From: Eledone cirrhosa
Lineage: Eukaryota
Assembly (NCBI GenBank): GCA_964016885.1
Contig: OZ024752.1
Location: 44,702,001 to 44,766,000 of the forward strand
Length of the DNA stretch: 64,000 nucleotides
Direction of reading: 5' to 3'
A program made the translations under genes and the position numbers. Of this stretch, positions 47,160 to 59,735 are shown piece by piece (the first letter of the stretch is position 1; every line of letters begins with the position of its first letter). The notes below the pieces were generated by a model. It saw only the letters and a program-made list of their open reading frames with translations, did not search any database and was not told where the DNA came from.

Positions 47160-47465
47160 ATAATTGTTTCTACTTTAGGCATAAGACCAGCATTTACGCC
47201 AGTACATTACTGGTACTTTATTTTATTGATCTTGTAAGGATGAAAGGCAAAGTTAACCTCGACGGGATTTGAACTCAGACCGTAAAGGGCCGTAACTCTA
47301 TGCTGCAAAGCATGGTGTGTGACCCTCTACCGCCGATACTGTCAATCCACTGATTTATAAATATAAATATAATTGTTTCTACTTTTGGCACAAGGCCAGC
47401 AATTATCCCAGTACATTACTGGTTCTTTATTTTATCGACCCCGTAAGGATGAAAGGCAAAGTTAA
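47160..47465 (-). mobile_element. Two adjacent SINE copies (one near-full, one 5'-truncated)
   Basis: Reverse-complement matches at ~47160-47350 and ~47370-47465. Confidence 0.75.
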
Positions 47466-47785
47466 TGTAACAAAATTAGACTTGAGGTGCTGTCCAAAGG
47501 ACAGCACCTTACAACACTTGAAAAACATTAAAAAACACAGTCAAACAAATTTAATAGAAAATATATTTTGTTTATTTTCTTTCAGTAAAATAGATTACAT
47601 CTTCCTTTTGTTTTAAGACATTTTATTTGGTTTCTTTTACAGAGAAATAAATACAGTGGAATGTAGTAAGATGTCTGTGTAGGGATGAAATATTTACAAT
47701 GGTATATTTTTCTTTCCCCCCTCTCTAAAACTAAGAATTTTATATATTAAAATAAAGCAAACATCGAAAGTTGTTGTTCATGAAT

Positions 47786-48118
47786 GTATATTGAGTATAC
47801 ACACACAATGTTGGTATATATATATTGAGTATACACACACAATGTTGGTATATATATATTGAGTATACACACACAATGTTGGTATATATATTGAGTATAT
47901 ACACACAATGTGGGTATATATATTAAGTATATACACACAATGTGGGTATATATATTGAGTATATACACACAATGTGGGTATATATATTGAGTATATACAT
48001 ACAATGTGGGTATATATATTGAGTATACACACACAATGTGGGTATATATATTGAGTATATACACACAATGTGGGTATATATATATTGAGTATATACACAC
48101 AATGTGGGTATATATATA
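47786..48118. repeat. 31-33-bp minisatellite (~10 copies)
   Basis: Unit tatattgagtatatacacacaatgtgggtata. Confidence 0.9.
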
Positions 48119-48177
48119 ATAACTAACAGCTTTGGGTGTCTCAGCATATTGGCATATTTTTTCATTGTTTTATTTTA

Positions 48178-48208
48178 CACACAGACAGAGGGAGAGAGAG
48201 AGAGAGTC

Positions 48209-48257
<49 letters not shown>

Positions 48258-48372
48258 GATAGAGAGAGAGACAGATAGAGAGAGAGAGACAGACAGAGAG
48301 ACAGAGAGAGAGAGAGAGAGACATAGACAGACAGAGAGACAGAGAGACAGACAGACGGACAGACAGACAGAG

Positions 48373-48405
<33 letters not shown>

Positions 48406-48416
48406 GATAGACAGAC

Positions 48417-48447
<31 letters not shown>

Positions 48448-48480
48448 GAGAGAGAGATAGACAGACAGAGAGAGAGAGAT

Positions 48481-48557
<77 letters not shown>

Positions 48558-48598
48558 GAGAGAGATAGACAGACAAACAGACAGACAGAGAGACAGAG

Positions 48599-48643
<45 letters not shown>

Positions 48644-49870
48644 GACAGACAGACATACAGAGAGAGAGAGAGATAGACAGACAGACATACAGAGAGAGAG
48701 ACAGAGACAGACAGACAGACAGACAGACAGAGAGAGAGACAGACAGACAGAGACAGAGAGAGAGACAGACAGACAGACACAGACACACAAACAGACAATG
48801 ACACACACACAGATACACTGACAGACACACAGACAGACACACAGATAGACACACAGACACATACACTGACACACACAGACACAAAAACCAGACACATACG
48901 TACATAGACACACACATATATACACACACACACACATATATAGACACACACATATATAGATACACACACACAGCCACAGACATACACATAGACTCAGACA
49001 CACACTGACACAGCGACACACACACAGACACATACATACAGACACACACACGCACATAAGCCACACACAGACACATACATACGTAGACACACACAGACAA
49101 ACAGTCACACACTGACAGATACACATACACACACACAGACACATACAGATACACACACACATACAACCACAGACAGAGACACAGCTACACATACATATAG
49201 ACACACACACACATATACATACAACCACAGACAGACACACACATATACATAAAACCACATATGGAGACAGACATACATACACACACATATACATACAGAC
49301 ACACACACATACAACCACAGAGACACACACATACAACCACAGAGACACACACACACATACAACTACAGACACACACACATACAACTACAGACACACACAC
49401 ATACCACAGAGACACACACGCATACAACCACAGACAGACACACATACAACCACAGATACACACACACATACAACCACACACACACACACACAACCACAGA
49501 CAGACACACATACAACCACATACACACACACACATACAACCACACACACACACACACATACAACCACAGACAGACGCACATACAACCACACACACACACA
49601 CACATACAACCACAGACAGACACACACACAACCACAGACAGACACACACATACAACCACACACACACACACACATACAACCACAGACAGACACACACATA
49701 CAACCACAGACAGACACACACATACAACCACAGACAGACGCACATACAACCACACACACACAACCACACACACACACACACACAACCACACACACACACA
49801 CACACAACCACACAACCACACACACACACATACAACCACACACACACACATACAACCACAGACAGACATA
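48178..49870. repeat. 1.7-kb compound microsatellite: (AG)n > (AGAC)n > (AC)n > ACATACAACCACAGAC units
   Basis: Directly visible; it produces many spurious ORFs in the track. Confidence 0.95.
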
Positions 49871-49921
49871 TTTAAAACATAACTGACAAATGTCCAGGCC
49901 ATCGTCTTCTATATCTCCACC

Positions 49922-50016
49922 TTACACATTGTAAGCCATGTAAGGAATTCGTTTGACAATGTGCTGCAAAGGCAAACAGAAAGAAGGAAAGTAAGAAAAG
50001 CAATGAATTTAATAAT

Positions 50017-50055
<39 letters not shown>

Positions 50056-53000
50056 CACTACTACCATCACCACCACCACCACAAACACTACTACTACTAC
50101 TACTACTATAAAACCCTTGACATGTGTGACCTTGTGTTTAACCCTTTAGCATTTAAACTAGCCATATCGGGTCAGAATTCTCTCACCTCTTTCTGTTCAA
50201 ACCGGTTATAACTGGCCATTCATACTGACGTTAATAATATCAAAATTAATAATATAAAAATCTCATAGATTCGATATTATGTGAAGTAAAGTGTTTATTG
50301 TGAAAATACAATAGTATATATAGAGTAATGTAAATATTATGTGAGATATTATGTGAGGTAAAGCCTTTACTGTGAAAATACAATAGTATATATAGAGTAA
50401 TGTAAATGTTATGTGAGATATTATGTGAGGTAAAGCCTTTACTGTGACAATACAATAGTATATATAGAGTAATGTAAATATTATGTGAGATATTATGTGA
50501 GGTAAAGCCTTTACTGTGAAAATACAATAGTATATATAGAGTAATGTAAATGTTATGTGAGATATTATGTGAGGTAAAGCCTTTACTGTGAAAATACAAT
50601 AGTATATATAGAGTAATGTAAATATTATGTGAGATATTATGTGAGGTAAAGCCTTTACTGTGAAAATACAATAGTATATATAGAGTAATGTAAATGTTAT
50701 GTGAGATATTATGTGAGGTAAAGCCTTTACTGTGAAAATACAATAGTATATATAGAGTAATGTAAATATTATGTGAGATATTATGTGAGGTAAAGCCTTT
50801 ACTGTGAAAATACAATAGTATATATAGAGTCATGTAAATGTTATGTGAGATATTATGTGGGGTAAAGCCTTTACCGTGAAAATACAATAGTATATATAGA
50901 GTAATGTAAATGGTAAAGGGTTAACAAAGAAATACTAATTAATACCAGTTAAGGTGCTTAGTATAAGTCCCTGTATGGTATGAAGTTCACATGTACAAGT
51001 GGTTAGAATCCTTGACTCGCTCATAAGATCAGTTCGATTCCCAGACTGGGCAGTGCGTTGTGTCCTTGAGCAAGACACTTACTTTTAAATTTTCTCAATC
51101 CACTCACTGCTAGGGGAGTTAACTCTGTGCCAGCAGCTGCTAGGGGAGTTAACTCTGTGACTAACTGGTGTCGCGTTAGAGTGGTGTATTCTCAATCACT
51201 TAACGCCAAACAAAATTGGGATAAGATCCAGCCTGATGAAGAAAAATGGAATGAGATGTTTGGGTCATGTGTTGAGGAAAATGGTGGTGGTGGTGAACAG
51301 TGGTAATGTCTACTCACACTATTGTAGATGAAACTGTCGGCTGCTTTACCATAGTCCCAGCCACAACATTCCAAACACCTGAAACAGAACAATACTATAG
51401 AACTTATCACTTTTAGTATCATAACTAACACAAACACTTCTCCATTCAACATATCTCCTAATTAAACACTCATCAATTACAACAGTGTCTTAACCCTTTA
51501 GCATTTAAACCGGTCATATCCGGTCAGAATTCTCTCACCTCTTTCTGTTCAAACCGGTCTTAACTGGCCATTGATACCGTCATTAAGGTATTGTTCTCAA
51601 AATAGATAATATCAAAATCTCATAGATTCAATATTATGCGAGATAAAGCCTTTACAATGAAAATATAATAGTATATATAGAGTAATGTAAATGGTATGTG
51701 AGATATTATGTAAGATAAAGCGTTTACCATGAAAATACAATAATAAATATAGAATAATGTAAATGCTAAACGGTTAAAGCAAGTCAAATAAAAGACACAC
51801 AAAAAAAAAACACTCGATAAAACTTACCATGTACTAAACTGTGGGGTGAAATTTGTAAACAACGAAAACTGTTCCATCATAATTCTTTTGAGAGCTTCGT
51901 CAAATTCATTAGACTTATCTTTGTTGGCTTTCTTACCACTTTTGGGGATAGATGGTACTAAGTGTTGTCTAACAGGAAAGAAACTGTCACAGAATTGTGG
52001 TACTTGTGGGAACATATAATGAACAGAATCAGATGGGAAAGTCATCCCGGCAGTACCGTCTTGTAGGAATCCTGATGGGTTGAAAAAGTTGTTGACTGGG
52101 AAGTTTGAGTAACTGGTGCATGGCATTATCTGGAATAAAACACAATTATATCGAATGAGAGTGTATATAGGTGTAAATATGGCTTACCTGCATATGTTTG
52201 TAAGTTATGTACATGTGAAAAAGTGTGTATATGTATGATGTATATATATGAATGTGTGTATGTATGTTTGTATGTTTGTATATATGCATGTATGTGTGTA
52301 TATATGTGTGTATGTATGTATGCCTGTATGTATATAAATACATCCATCTGAGGATCTGAATAAGGTGAAACATTTGTTCTCGGTATGGTGAACTGTTGTG
52401 GAACTACTTCTATATATATATATATGTATGTATACATGCACACACACACACACACATGTATATATATATGTGTGTGTGTCTGTGTGTGTGTCTTATTGAG
52501 GCATTAATCCACTGATATCACTCTACAGCTAATTAGAATTGACTCGATTCTGACCAATGTCTATGTAAATAAATAAGCAAAGAGAATGACTTTTCAATGT
52601 ACCAATATAAGACCTGCGAATGTTTACCTTACAATGTCTTTCATGGACGTCTGTTTCTGCCACTACTTGCTTCTTCAGTCAGTGTAGAAAGAGACAAGTT
52701 TCCATGAAGCCTTACTATAAATAGCAGTCAGTCACAACAGGGATGAATATAAAGTGATCGCAACATAGAAGGGGGATAAAGGAAACATATTTGTCTACAA
52801 CCTAAAAAAACTCATGTTTTAACCAAAGAGATGGAAATACCTCTCTCTCGAGGAAGGACCAGTTTAAAAGTGCCTCCTCCAATATACAGTGGTGGCCATA
52901 ACTAGACCCTGAAACCAATGGTACACATACATGTTAAGTGTATGAAAATGTTTATACTAAATATAGGGTAAAGACCTCTTTCGGTCAACAATGACCATGG

Positions 53001-53650
53001 GGTTTGCACCTACAAAGCTCTACTCTGAGGTGCAACAGGCAAGGTTGTTTGTGGAACTATAGGGTAACTAAAAATCCATAAACATCACAAGGTACAGCTT
53101 GTTTTATCAAATTAAACCAGTTATTTACTGAAAAAAACAAAAGAGCTGCTCATCAGGAGAAACTAAACAATGTTAGTATTTGTCTTCAAAACCGTTTGCC
53201 AGGAATAACTGGGAATTCAAAGAGTCGGATCAGATGTTGCAAAGCATCCAGTCCAACTCTTTTTAACAATTTCATCATTCCTCTAACCCTGGACTGGAAC
53301 CTTATTTATGGATCTTGAAAGAATATAAGGAAAATTTCACCTGAGTGGGATTTGAACTTAGAACACAGAGAGCTGGAACAAATACTGAGGAGACATTTTA
53401 TCTGACATTTTAACTACTCTGCCATTTTGATATTAATTCACAGGAAATTATTTACAACTAATTAGAAACTCATTGCTGATTATTCAACCATTTAAATATT
53501 TGGCAATTTAAACTAAAAAGTAATGATTCAAGAAGCTTCAGCTTCTAATATATACTCACTCTTCTTTAGGTATTGAGTACTATTTTCGTTTGTAAACAGA
53601 AATGTTCAAATTGACATATTTGTATACATATTACACACACACACACACAC

Positions 53651-53688
<38 letters not shown>

Positions 53689-56600
53689 GTATATATATAT
53701 GTGTGTATGTGTATATATATACACACATGTGTGGATGTATGTATCTAAGTATGATATATATAGGCATAATTATGCCTGGATGTGAAATGAAATGTTTTAC
53801 ACTTGCTTTTCCATGCTTACATGGGTTAGACGGGTCATTTCCAGCACAGCATCCCTCTACTTGTTGCGGTCCTTTCTTATCTCCTCTGTCAATTTCAGTG
53901 ATTTGAGATCAGCTCTAACAACCTCTGCCCAGATCTTCCATCATCTTCCTCTACTGCAGCTTCCTTCCACTCGGATTTCTTTGCACTACTTCCTGTACAC
54001 TACATCTGATTCCTCTTATATCCAGCTTTTCTCTCATCTCATCCATGCTTTGCCATTCATGCATGTTCAGTGCTTTTCTTGGAGCATGTTCACTGCGTTT
54101 CTCTCTAGTCTTTGCATATCTTCTGCATTCATTGTTCATGTTTTGCTGCTATGCAACATTGCACTTTGCACACAGGCATCATACAGCCAGTTCTTTTTCA
54201 TACAGAGAAACCTTTTGTTGTCATCAGGGGCAGTAGCTCCCTTAAACCTTTTCCATCCTGTTCTTACTCTAGCTACTATACTCTCAGAGCAACCTATTCC
54301 ACTGCTACTTTGATCAAATAAGTAGCAGAAGCTATCAACCACTTCTATGGATCATTCCTGGGATCGGAAATTTTTTATTTCACTGAGGCTTCAACTATCA
54401 ATGATCCATGTACCACATACGATGTCTACAGACTCTCTCTCACACACACACACATATATATATAAACATACATGTATATATATATATATATAATAGATAT
54501 ATATGTAATAGTGAAGGTGTGTGGCTGAGTGGTTAGAGTATTGGATTCACAATCGTGAGGTTGTGAGTTCAATTTCTGGACTGGGTGATGTGTTATGTCC
54601 TTGAGCAAGACACTTTATTTCACGTTGTGGCCGGTAGATAGTATTAGCAGTTGGAAAGATCAATGGAAACATTGTTTCCTCGGTCCGATTTGATGAAAAG
54701 TCGATCGACTGTCTATATATGTGTATATAAATATGTGTATGTGTGTGTGTGTTAAAGTATGTATCTATGTATGGAGCTAATGTAGCCACATCAAAGCTCT
54801 CTTCTGCCTTCCACATTATTTTCCACCATTCCTCTTACCCAGTTACTTTCACCATTCTTCAAAACATCACCTTGATATCTCTTTCCAGATGAAATAATCC
54901 TAGCTGAAACAAACTTGATCACAAGTCTATTTAATCAGGGATAACTGGGGACTAAATAACAATAACTATAGTCACTATAGCACACTTTACAACAGCTTAG
55001 ATCTCACACATATTTCACTTTTGTGGCTTCCTTTTATTTTCAGTGAATTCACTTCTATAAAATTTTACATACTTTCCTTTTTCACATCTTAATTTATAAT
55101 CTTTATAGGTGCAGACATGGCTGTATGGTTAACAAGTTTGCTTCACAGTTACATAGATTTATGAGTGTACTTTGGTAGACAGAAGCTTGTATGAGATCTA
55201 AGCTGTTGTACACACATATATATATATATACATATACACTTATACACACTCATACACACACATATATAGGGTGTACATTAGAATTATCATGTGTATGTAT
55301 ATATAACAAATTTTTACAGGCATTAGAAAATTAAATTTCGTCACTTTATTGTCATTATAAGCATTCAAGGCACAAACCTTATTTTCTATTGGTGGGTCTA
55401 TCCAGTTCTTGCTGTCACGAAAGTTTAGAAAGCTGTAAGGGATATCATAGTTGTAAAATCCCCCATTGTTGAACACCTCATCGGAGGGTTCACGTATCGC
55501 ATAGTGCTGTTCATCGGGTAAACTGAGAGTTTGGTTGGGAAAATAACAACTGGTTGCTTCCTGTGTGGTCTGTGATGAAATTGATGGATTCGAGCTTTGG
55601 CTGTAATCCAATGGAAGAAAGAACTCCATGTTTGGCACTGTGTATTCATTGTGCCACACATTTTTATCATATTCACAAAAGTTCTGCTGATATGTAGTAT
55701 AATCATCCACCGCGTGACTCCACCTCCACGATGGAGGGTTGTATGAGGTGAAGTCCTCCCTTTCCCTGTTTCGAGATTCAGTAAATGATGGCTTTTTCGT
55801 GGAGACTTGTTGCTTCTGTGGACTATCTTGACTGGGTTCAGTACTTTTAGGGGAAGACTCATAATCATGGCTGCTACCAGGATAATTACTACGTCGTTCT
55901 TCCTCGGAATGTCTCGACCCACGACTGCTGTTCTTACTCTTTGACAAAGTCTGGTAACTCTTCTTTCTTGGATAACATTGGATGTTATCTGACGACCGAG
56001 GGGTGAAACTTCGATGCCAAGTATGGGTTTGTTCACGTGATGGTGTACTGGAATCTCGACGTTTGGAAACAGTGTACTCGCCTTTCGATTGATGACGGTT
56101 TGTCCTTTTTGGAGGCTTCTGTTTTTCAGATTTGGAATGACTATCTGAAAATCAAAATAAATGTTTATTATTATTTTCAAAAGGAGGTGCCCCAGCATGG
56201 CCACAGTCAAATAACTGAAACCAGTAAAAGAAAAACAACACTAGAAATGAGAGGAAAGTTCGTTTATCATTCACCATTTTTTTCACATCTTTAGATATAG
56301 ATATTGGTAAATCTTAAATTTTTAAGTAAAAGTAAATACAAAGGTAAAAGCTTAAGAAACACTTCCTTTTCAATTGAGGGCCTCCTCATTGTTGGTGGAA
56401 CCCTTCACTAGTTGATCTCAACCACTTTTGAGGTTTTGTATAAACATATTTATTAGTAGAGTGTTGAGTAAAACAGGTATAACATGTACCCCTTGCTAGC
56501 CTACATCAAAGACGATGTAGTATTGATTGTTTTATTGAGTCTGACCAGTAGAAGGCTCTGCAAGAGTATGGGATTGATGGGCAGTTCCCTGTTGCCTTGA

Positions 56601-57016
56601 ACTCCCTGTTTTCTACTATAGCCTCAGGTTGAAAGTGGAATTTGGCAGGCAGAAACTGCAAAAGCCTATATATGTGTTTAATGTAACTATTCGACAAAGG
56701 GAGATCGACAAAATAAGTACCACCAAGACAGTGCGTTAATATTGTTGCAGCTTAATTCCCCGAAACCAGTAAAATAATAAATGATTTAAATTGTTTATTA
56801 TTAGACAGGACATCAACGATATCGTAATAAAGACCAAGTGTAATAAATATAAGGTGGTAGAGTTGTTACGGCGTCGGATAGAATACTTTGCAGTATTCAT
56901 TCTGGGTATTTGAGCTCTGAGTTCAAATCCCGCCGAGGTTAACTTTGTCTTCCATCCCTTTCGGGTTCGGTAACGTGTTAGTCCAGTACTGGAGGGATCG
57001 ACACTCCCTCTCGCTG

Positions 57017-57050
<34 letters not shown>

Positions 57051-57393
57051 AAACGAGTCAGGACCCCCGACGGCCGTTTCCTATTATCCACTCTACTTCC
57101 CTAAGTATCGAGTACTCTGGTGCGTTATGGTCCACTTGGTATCTTACCACACTTTCTTTGTTATATATACAAGGAAGAAATTAGCTGTGGTGAAACCTGG
57201 AGAGAGATGGGTGCCGTCAGGCTGGTTTAAATTGCCGAAGTTGCATTTGTTGACGGTGTCTTATACTTCCATTAAGAAGTCAATAACAGTGAGAACAACG
57301 AAGCTAGAATTTAAACAAATAATAATCTGACTAGATATTAAATTACTTACTTTGAATAACAACTGACTTCAGTCGGGTACACTGCAATTCCAT
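49922..57393 (-). CDS. Uncharacterised protein: long Ser/Arg- and Tyr/Phe/Pro-rich low-complexity region plus a C-terminal NXF1/TAP-type UBA-like (TAP-C) domain
   Basis: Well-supported exons: 57351-57393 (frame open up to an acceptor at 57484), 55378-56144, 52342-52409, 51828-52129, 51318-51378 and 49922-49963 (stop). A bridging exon of phase 0 to 1 is needed; the best candidate is 54624-54708. The last three exons give KRIMMEQFSLFTNFTPQFSTW|CLECCGWDYGKAADSFIYNS|HIVKRIPYMAYNV*, which aligns by eye to the NXF1 C-terminus. The true 5' end is uncertain; a phase-compatible upstream exon candidate is 59943-60097. Confidence 0.7.
50138..50924. mobile_element. piggyBac-like MITE with an internal 72-bp tandem expansion (~9 copies)
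   Basis: TTAA flanks and TIRs. The unit tattatgtgagatattatgtgaggtaaagcctttactgtgaaaatacaatagtatatatagagtaatgtaaa is repeated over ~50270-50910. Confidence 0.8.
53806..54400 (-). mobile_element. RTE-clade LINE 3' fragment
   Basis: Remnant peptides VDSFCYL..SSG.GCSESIVARVRTGWKRFK, LYDACVQSAML and EMREKLDIRGI. It ends in the ccatg..agcatggaaaa tail shared with many short repeats in this window. Confidence 0.7.
54511..54627 (+). mobile_element. Second tRNA-derived SINE family (5' part); related fragment at ~50998-51085
   Basis: Head gtggctgagtggttagag...gtgagttcaattt with A/B-box-like motifs, followed by gtccttgagcaagacacttt. Confidence 0.6.
57050..57165. mobile_element. Penelope-like short element (family B), deleted copy
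   Basis: Shares cctattatccactctac...gagtactctggtgcgttatggtccac with 46433-46500 and is flanked by (TA)n/(AG)n. Confidence 0.5.
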
Positions 57394-59439
57394 ATTGAAT
57401 GTAAACACATCGGATAACTTAATTATTTCACAAGAAACATCATAACCATTATCAACTGCCTCAATTTCTTTTCCAATGTCCAGTCTATAAGTTTAGGTTA
57501 TTTTAACTGATTATTCCCGCTAGTTTGTTTACAATATAAAAACGATAATGAAATAATATAAACACGATTAAAAGCCCTGATTTGTTTTAATTGTGTTGTT
57601 GTTGTTTTTAAAACAATGTTTTGACTACATTAATCGGTTCTAAACATACCAAATATAACTTCTAATTAACTAATTAATTAAATTAACTACTAATATATCT
57701 GTAACACAATATTTCCAACCAAGTTTTAAATATATTTGTAGATATAAATTCCAGTGTTTAATTTTGGGGGAAATGAGATATTTCCACGTAAATTCGTCTT
57801 TATTCTTTCTCGTTTTACACCTTTTAAATGTTTCGCGTCCTCAAGAGAAACGGTTAATTGCGGCGTTTTCATAAGTTTCTCTCTCTTTTCTCACATTTTT
57901 AGAAGATAATTCCGAACCATTTAATTTCGTCAAAATCATGTTTTATTCCCCCCGTTTGTTTTATATCTAAATTTTTGTTTTTGTTTTTGTTTTGCAAATT
58001 TCTTGAATATTTTAAAAATAGAAACTTAACATTTTAAAAATAAGAATACTTCTCTTCTTCTTTGCCCACTTATTTCTGAGAGGGTCGTTATATATTTTAG
58101 GATATATCGTTGAAATATTTGTCTTTTTCTTCGCCTACGTATTCCTGAGAGGGTCATGGAACAGAGTCCCCAAACATTCCCTCTAACATGTCCTGTCAGA
58201 AGCAACCGTCTCCAACTGGTCCAGCTGGATCTCAAGCAAGACCAGCCAAATGTTATCCAACCATCTTGCTCAGGGTCTACCCCTGGGTCACCTGCCGGTT
58301 GGTTTTGCTCGTAAAATCTGTCCAGCGATTCTTCCCTGAGATATGAACAGGATTGACATGCGCACCCGGGTTGGAAATGGTATCATGGCTGACGGGTATG
58401 ATATTAAGAATACAATTTACAAAATGCCCCCGCCAAAAAGCGGAAAAAAGGGGAGAAAATAAAAAGAAAATGGGATTGAGGAGGAGACAAACTCTACACC
58501 CTTAGCTGGACGGTGTATCTCAGATCTGCTGCACTCCACCAATAAGATGGCGAAAGCATTTCCGCAGAGAACAGCCAGCGATACCCACCATATCAACCTT
58601 TCCTTCTTCAGACGGGATGCCGCCAGCCTGGTAACTTAATCTTCTCCCACTCCCCCGAGTTCCTAACAACATTGTCCGGGTTTATAGCCAAAATTATGAG
58701 GTTAAACCGGAGAAAATGTTGCAATAGTGGTGACCCATATGAGTAACTTATCCAACTAAAACGGGAAAAGGCTCTTATCTTGTCTGGGCAGTAATTATTT
58801 TAATGTGCAGTTGACCTTACTTCTGTAGTTCTAAATCTAACGTTGTACAGTAATTTAACATTTTGTGCTAAATATTACATGCACTTACATGGTAAACAAA
58901 GAATAGATGAATTACAACGCTAATAAAATGTTAACAACAGACATTACAAGTGCTTCTTCTCAAACCCAGAGAACAAGGAGTCATAACACACGCCTCAAAC
59001 GTCTGAGCAGTTCCAAAATATCTTTAAAACGAACCCTGCTTCTCGGACAGGCTTCAGCTGTGACGAGAAACCGACCGTGTCGAGTTTCCCGTTAGTTTCT
59101 TTTGTTTTCACATGTCCACATCTTCTCATTTCATTTTTATTCAACTGGGGAATACTTGGAGCTGTCGATCTGTTCTTGTCCATTAATAATAATAATAAAC
59201 TTTCCACTCTCAAGCGTGAACCTAATACTAACACTTTGCACTGCACTATTCGCTTTGTTTTTGTTTTCTGTTTTAACTATATATATATATAACTTTGAGT
59301 ATGTGTTGGTTGTTTATATATATATATATATCTTTGTAGACTCTATTTCCATGTTCCATGCCAGTACGAATTGAGTGAATGTCCTTGATGAGTGATTAAC
59401 TAATCTTGAAACAGCGCTATCTGACATTCCCAATCGTAT

Positions 59440-59735
59440 TGGACAGACAGTTCATCGCACTTTCTACAAAGATGTCTTGGAACGACTTCGAAAACAGTTC
59501 CAGTGAGTCCAATAGGACATTGCACAATAACTCACCTGCTCACACACTTTCGATTAGAGAATTTCTGACGAAGAAAAACATCCCTTCTTTTCCAAATGCT
59601 CCCTAATCTAGCTCCATGTGATTTTTACCTCTTCCTTAAGTTGAAATCAACGTTGAAGGGTCATTTTTGGGACTGTGGAAAACATAAAAAATATTCTAAC
59701 CGACGAGCTAAGGATACTCACAGAAAATGACACAG
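59440..59735 (+). mobile_element. Mariner transposase pseudogene fragment
   Basis: Broken frames read GQTVHRTFYKDVLERLRK, LHNNSPAH..IREFLTKKNI and LAPCDFYLFLKLKSTLKG, the last matching the mariner YSPDLAPCDF region. Confidence 0.75.

Noticed and set aside
48136-49902. Many 150-400 aa ORFs (RE-, VC- and SL-rich)
   Set aside because: Artefacts of dinucleotide microsatellites.
50246-50887. 213-aa repeat ORF
   Set aside because: Translation of a 72-bp tandem expansion inside a MITE.
52628-52714. Possible extra exon of the TAP-C gene
   Set aside because: The obvious acceptor gives stops in all frames, and the alternative boundaries are weak or phase-incompatible.
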